The position numbers and the translations under genes were made by a program. This document shows positions 28,097 to 32,000 of a DNA stretch of 32,000 nt, piece after piece. Every line of letters starts with the position of its first letter. The stretch's first letter is position 1. This stretch comes from Candidatus Iainarchaeum sp. (GTDB lineage Archaea; Iainarchaeota; Iainarchaeia; Iainarchaeales; JACQJH01). The stretch lies in assembly GCA_016205145.1 (NCBI GenBank), contig JACQJH010000002.1:300001-332000 (forward strand), read 5' to 3'. Under the pieces are notes generated by a model. That model ran no database searches. It worked only from the letters and a program-made list of their open reading frames with translations, and was not told the origin of the DNA.

Positions 28097-28714
28097 CTAT
28101 TTTGCGCGGTTTTTCCGTTTCATGTGAGAGAAAACGAAAAAAGCCGCGGCCGCAAGAATTGCAATGACGACAATCGCGTCAATGGCTGTTGTGAATTGCA
28201 GGATTACCTGCCAGTTTTCCTTCAATTGCATGCCCAGGAAAGTCAGAAATGCGCACCACACAAACGCGCCCGCGAAAGTGTAAGCGGAAAATTCCGCCAG
28301 ATTCATTTTGCCGAGGCCGGCCGGAATCGAAATTATGTGCCTTACTGCCGGCAGGAGCCTGCCTATAAAAATGGTTTTCGCGCCGTGTTTTTGGAACCAT
28401 TGTTCCGTCCACTTAAGGTGATGCTCATTCAGGAAAACGTATTTGCCGAATCGCAGGATAACCGGCCTGCCGAGTTTCATCCCGGCATAATAGGAGATAA
28501 GCGAGCCGAACAGGCTGCCGAGCGCGCCGACGAATGCGACAAGCCAGAAGTCCATTGCGCCGTTTGAAACAAGGAATCCCGCGAAAGGCATCACGAGTTC
28601 TGAAGGCAATGGCGTTATCATGCTTTCCAGGGCCATGAGAAGGAATATTCCCGGATAGCCGGCCGCCGAAATCAGGGCCGTGACGTGTTCCGCGATAAGT
28701 TCGACAAAAACCAT
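28097..28714 (-). CDS. dedA: DedA-family membrane protein
   Basis: 205 aa. Motifs are GYPGIFLLMALESMITPLPSELVMPFAGFLV and GRLLPAVRHIISIPAGLGKMNL. Confidence 0.85.
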   Translation of the reverse strand: MVFVELIAEHVTALISAAGYPGIFLLMALESMITPLPSELVMPFAGFLVSNGAMDFWLVAFVGALGSLFGSLISYYAGMKLGRPVILRFGKYVFLNEHHLKWTEQWFQKHGAKTIFIGRLLPAVRHIISIPAGLGKMNLAEFSAYTFAGAFVWCAFLTFLGMQLKENWQVILQFTTAIDAIVVIAILAAAAFFVFSHMKRKNRAK

Positions 28715-28793
28715 GATTAACCCGCAGGAAACAAGCTAAACCGAAAAAGCATTTAAAGCGATTGCGGGCATGCAAATGCAACGAAAAGGCGGG

Positions 28794-29387
28794 TTATGCG
28801 CCAAGGCCGGTTTTCAGGCCTTTCAATTCCTTTTCGGAAAGCCTTCCCGATTTGACGTGCTTTCCGAGCAAAGCCGAATTGCCGAAAGGGTCCAGAAGTT
28901 CTATCGTGAAAGTAAGCTTTCCGTTTTCGGCCAGAGCAATTTTTTCCAGGAGCTTTTGCGCGTTCGCCTTTGTTTTCGGGTTCCCGGAGGAATTCTTTGC
29001 GGACTCCACCGCGCCCCTGAACCTTTCAAGCACGCCTTCGGCGTTTGAAACGAAGCCTTCGGACATCGGGCCCGGCTCGAGAGACAGGCCCAGTTCCGGA
29101 ATCCTGATTGTTGCGGAGCTTGACCTCACGATTTTAGTCGGAATCTGGCCAGCGGATGAAATTTCCACCCAGAATTTTTTTGGTGCGTGGGTTTCAACTG
29201 AAAAGACATCGCTCAGCCTGAAACCGCATTTTCCGCAGGTTATCGTGGTGAAAAGCGCTTCGCCGAACAATGGTATTTTTTTTGCGATCTGCACGGACGA
29301 GGCTTTTCCGCCGCACTGCGGGCATTGCGTGAAAAGGTTCGCGGACAAGTCAAAGCACCTGAAAAAAATTGGTCGGCCCGGATTCAA
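28794..29387 (-). CDS. ZPR1-type zinc-finger protein (archaeal C4 Zn-finger, COG1779-like)
   Basis: CPQCGGKASSVQIAKKIPLFGEALFTTITCGKCGFRLSDV matches the zf-ZPR1 pattern. There is no in-frame ATG upstream of the finger. The start is the TTG at 29387 or the TTG at 29348. Confidence 0.75.
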   Translation of the reverse strand: MNPGRPIFFRCFDLSANLFTQCPQCGGKASSVQIAKKIPLFGEALFTTITCGKCGFRLSDVFSVETHAPKKFWVEISSAGQIPTKIVRSSSATIRIPELGLSLEPGPMSEGFVSNAEGVLERFRGAVESAKNSSGNPKTKANAQKLLEKIALAENGKLTFTIELLDPFGNSALLGKHVKSGRLSEKELKGLKTGLGA

Positions 29388-29401
29388 ACCATGCGGTTTT
29401 T

Positions 29402-29800
29402 TCAGCCGGACTCTCCGGCGTGGTAGACAAGCTCGTTTATTTTCCTGCGCAATTCTTCCTCGTCATCGTCGGCCTTCACGGTTTCATTCTGCATTGAAAC
29501 CGTATTTCCAAGGACAGGACTGCCGGGGCGCTGCAATCTCAGCAGTTTCATTTCAAGCGAGTCAACCCTGCCCGAAAGCTCGGACTGCAGCCTTGAAATG
29601 CTTTCAACCTGCTGTTCAAGCGCCGCGGCAGCATTGAAATAAACCTCTCCCGGCTTGGCAGGCTGGGTGCTTGCGCCGGCCGCTTTTGCTTCCACCCATT
29701 CAGGCTTTTTTTTCGGCTTTGCCGCGGAAAGCAGTGCATTGCCGATTACAAGCGCCACGATCAGAACCACTAGAAAAGTGTTGACTGCCAAACCCCTCAC
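29402..29800 (-). CDS. Small membrane-anchored coiled-coil protein (hypothetical)
   Basis: 132 aa with a GTG start. It has an N-terminal TM helix (NTFLVVLIVALVIGNALL), a heptad-like segment (LEQQVESISRLQSELSGRVDSLEMKLLRL) and an acidic tail. Confidence 0.55.
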   Translation of the reverse strand: MRGLAVNTFLVVLIVALVIGNALLSAAKPKKKPEWVEAKAAGASTQPAKPGEVYFNAAAALEQQVESISRLQSELSGRVDSLEMKLLRLQRPGSPVLGNTVSMQNETVKADDDEEELRRKINELVYHAGESG

Positions 29801-29826
29801 CTGAAATAATTCGCAGCTATGTTCTT

Positions 29827-30588
29827 TTAACCTTTTTTTGAAGCCCTGAAGCGGAAAAGCCGTTCAGCGTTGGCGGTCGTCTGCTCTTCCACGCGGGAAA
29901 TGGATTGGGAGTGGAGTTCCGCGATTTTTTCCGCGACCAGCGGAATCCACGCGGGAGAAGACTGCTTTCCTGAAAATGCGACGGGCGCGTCGGTTTCAAG
30001 CAGCAGGAGTTCCGGCGGAATTTCCTTCGCAACGGATGAAGCCTTTTTGCCCGAAATTATTGCCGGGCCGGCGCTCATGAAATATCCGAGGGCGGAGGCC
30101 CGCTTCACGGTTTCGGCGGAATTCGTGCACCAGTGCAGCAAAACCTTTCTGCAGCCCAGGCCTTCAAGCATGCTTAGGCATTCGCTGTCAGAATTGCGCG
30201 AATGCACGACAACCGGCTTTGAAGCCTTTTTCGCGAGGGCGGCGAAAAACCCGAAGGCTTCGGCCTGCAGTTTTTTTTCGGTTCCGCTTTTTGCACGCAT
30301 GAAATCCAGGCCTACTTCGCCGATGCCGGCTGCGTTTCCAATGTTCTGCGAAACAAGCGCCCTGGCTTTTTCGATTTCGGCGGGCGGCATCGACAGCAAA
30401 TCGGCGGGATGAATGCCGAGGCAAATCTCTATTTCGCTGAATTCCTGCGCAAGCAAAATGTGCTTTTGAATCGACAGAAGGTTTGTTGAGCAGGAAACGA
30501 TTTTTTTTACGCGAGTCGCGCCGGCCTCACGCACCGCCGCTTCCGGCTCATTGAACCAGTCCAAGTGGCAGTGCGCGTCAACGAACAT
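29827..30588 (-). CDS. tatD: TatD-family metal-dependent hydrolase/DNase
   Basis: 253 aa counted from the ATG at 30588 (MFVDAHCHLDW...). The track uses the TTG at 30594. Motifs are GEVGLDF and VVHSR...LLHW. Confidence 0.85.
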   Translation of the reverse strand: MFVDAHCHLDWFNEPEAAVREAGATRVKKIVSCSTNLLSIQKHILLAQEFSEIEICLGIHPADLLSMPPAEIEKARALVSQNIGNAAGIGEVGLDFMRAKSGTEKKLQAEAFGFFAALAKKASKPVVVHSRNSDSECLSMLEGLGCRKVLLHWCTNSAETVKRASALGYFMSAGPAIISGKKASSVAKEIPPELLLLETDAPVAFSGKQSSPAWIPLVAEKIAELHSQSISRVEEQTTANAERLFRFRASKKG

Positions 30589-30612
30589 TCGCAAAAACGA
30601 TTGCGGGAAAGG

Positions 30613-30620
30613 TTATAAAG
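30613..30620. promoter_or_regulatory. Shared bidirectional TATA box (TTATAA core) between tatD and the Dsb-like gene
   Basis: ttataaag is centred about 28 nt from the tatD ATG at 30588 (minus strand) and about 35 nt from the ATG at 30652 (plus strand). Confidence 0.5.
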
Positions 30621-30651
30621 CTTTTTTTGCAAGGAGTTGTTGGGAAAAACG

Positions 30652-31875
30652 ATGCCTGAAAAAGAAAACCAGCCGGAGGAAACCGCTGAAGCTGGACCGG
30701 AAAAAAATCCGGAGCCGCAGAAAAATCCGGCGAAAAATTCCGCACAGCAAAAGCCGCCCGCGTATTTCTGGGCCCTGCTTGTAATCGCACTGCTTGTCGC
30801 GTTCGGCCTCATTGCAAAGCTTTCCGTGCCCGAACAGCAGTTGAAGCTCAAATCCCAGGATTCCGGGCCGCAACCGGAATATCTGCGCATCATTCTCATA
30901 ACCTCGAAGGATTGCGTGGCGTGCGACAAGGAGCACTCGTTCATGGTTTTGCTGAAGCAGAACAAGATTCCGACGCAATTGCAGCAGTTCGACGCGAACA
31001 GCGCTGACGGAAGCAAGATATTGCGCGATTTCGGCATAAAGGATGTTCCGGTCGTGCTGGTCGGAAAGCCAACTATCAGCGACAAGTTCCTTGTGAAGAC
31101 CAAGTCAAGCGGCTTCGCCAAGCTGGAGGACGTCATAAAGTTTTACCAGAAAACCAATCCAGGCATAGTCTTCACGGACAACACGATTGTGATTCCAGAG
31201 ATCGGTTTTGACTCCGTGCCTAGGACGACTTTCCTGCAGGACAACGCGTCCTGCGGCAGCGCCAGCCAGGCGCAGGTTTTCGTCTTCACCGACCCGTACT
31301 GCGAAACATGCATTGTCTCGGAAGCCCTGCTCGACAAGTTCAGGCTCGACTTCAACTCCGATAACTCGAATGTTTCAATGGACTATTATTTCATTCCCAC
31401 CACTTCCGCGGAGCTTGACGCCAAAAACAAGTCCACCGACGCAGCGCTTGCGGTCAACTACCTGCAATGCGCGCAAACCGCCCGCGGCCTTGACGCATTC
31501 AGGAAAAGCTTTTACACAACCTACTGCGGCTACATAGGCAAAGTCGAGGACAACAACCCCGATTACCTCACGTGCCGCATGCTGAACAACCGCTGGATGC
31601 AGCCGTTAACGCAGGAAGAGCTCGGCAAAAGGCTTGACGAGGCGAAAGTCAACAGGGACGTTTTCGACCAGTGCATTCCGCATGCCGGCGATGACATAGA
31701 ATCGAACAAGGCATTGGCGGTCAAGGACAACATCGACGTGACCCCGCTTGCGGTGGTTGACTGCCAGTACAAGACGCCGGTGGAAAACCTCGCCTCGACT
31801 GTCTGCGCACTGCACCCGGAATTCCTGGCGTGCAAAAAATTCTCAGATTCAAATTCAACGTCCACGGCGCAGTGA
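30652..31875 (+). CDS. Membrane-anchored extracytoplasmic thiol-disulfide oxidoreductase with two thioredoxin-fold modules (glutaredoxin-like CVAC + DsbA-like CETC)
   Basis: 407 aa counted from the ATG at 30652. The TTGs at 30637 and 30640 are alternatives. It has an acidic/Pro-rich N-terminal tail and a TM helix (YFWALLVIALLVAFGLIA). The first module is ILITSKDCVACDK...DVPVVLV, with CVAC at 30913-30924. The second is VFVFTDPYCETCIVSE...IDVTPLAVV, with CETC at 31300-31311. Each module has a cis-Pro-like position. Confidence 0.65.
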   Translation: MPEKENQPEETAEAGPEKNPEPQKNPAKNSAQQKPPAYFWALLVIALLVAFGLIAKLSVPEQQLKLKSQDSGPQPEYLRIILITSKDCVACDKEHSFMVLLKQNKIPTQLQQFDANSADGSKILRDFGIKDVPVVLVGKPTISDKFLVKTKSSGFAKLEDVIKFYQKTNPGIVFTDNTIVIPEIGFDSVPRTTFLQDNASCGSASQAQVFVFTDPYCETCIVSEALLDKFRLDFNSDNSNVSMDYYFIPTTSAELDAKNKSTDAALAVNYLQCAQTARGLDAFRKSFYTTYCGYIGKVEDNNPDYLTCRMLNNRWMQPLTQEELGKRLDEAKVNRDVFDQCIPHAGDDIESNKALAVKDNIDVTPLAVVDCQYKTPVENLASTVCALHPEFLACKKFSDSNSTSTAQ

Positions 31876-31881
31876 ACAAAT

Positions 31882-32000
31882 TTGCCGACAAAGGCCTTTT
31901 TCCGCGATCTCGAACTGGTTGTGCTGGACAAAGTCTTCGACCCGCAGGAGGACTCTTTCCTGCTGGCTGAAACAATCGCGGGCCAGCCTTCCCTTGAAGG
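31882..32000 (+). CDS. Probable HemK/Mtq2-type methyltransferase, N-terminal fragment (runs off the window)
   Basis: The frame is open to the window end. ...ELVVLDKVFDPQEDSFLLAETIAG resembles the conserved VYxPxEDSxLL N-terminus of archaeal N5-glutamine methyltransferases. The start is uncertain (TTG at 31882 or GTG at 31921). Confidence 0.45.
   Translation, partial: MPTKAFFRDLELVVLDKVFDPQEDSFLLAETIAGQPSLE

Overview
The window looks archaeal. TATA-like boxes sit about 27 nt upstream of most start codons, which suggests mostly leaderless mRNAs. Both tRNA genes lack an encoded CCA, and archaeal-type genes are present (ZPR1-like Zn-finger, Dph6-like PP-loop domain, SpeH). The gene content resembles a small-genome, possibly symbiotic DPANN-like lineage, but that is inference only. 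No rRNA, CRISPR array, transposase or integrase is visible.

Layout:
- Left third (1-11.5 kb): speH (5' truncated); two paralogous membrane-anchored proteins bracketed by an inverted 67-nt repeat; an MscS-type channel; a wHTH protein followed by a HerA/FtsK-like ATPase and an overlapping polytopic membrane protein; tRNA-Val and tRNA-Leu; a coiled-coil surface protein; an ITPase; a DUF296-like protein; a YhhQ-type transporter.
- Centre (11.6-23.2 kb): one tightly coupled six-gene minus-strand operon. All six products carry signal peptides and five are cysteine-rich. They include 885-aa and 1535-aa proteins built from about 27 clear (roughly 30 with degenerate) copies of an unrecognised ~30-aa H-x2-C-x4-C-x10-C-x5-C module, plus FN3-like, CARDB-like and acidic DGxDxxxxGxxDE motifs. 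This is my best candidate for an undescribed system, probably a cell-surface stalk or adhesion apparatus.
- Right third (23.2-32 kb): a GT-C-like membrane protein; a FemAB/CelD-like GNAT divergent from an unusual AsnB-like/Dph6-like fusion; DedA; a ZPR1-like protein; TatD; a membrane-anchored double-thioredoxin (Dsb-like) protein; the start of a HemK/Mtq2-like methyltransferase.

Two families of short structured repeats show compensatory stem substitutions. They occur next to tRNA 3' ends and in unusually long non-coding gaps.

All family assignments come from motif recognition by eye and need HMM confirmation.
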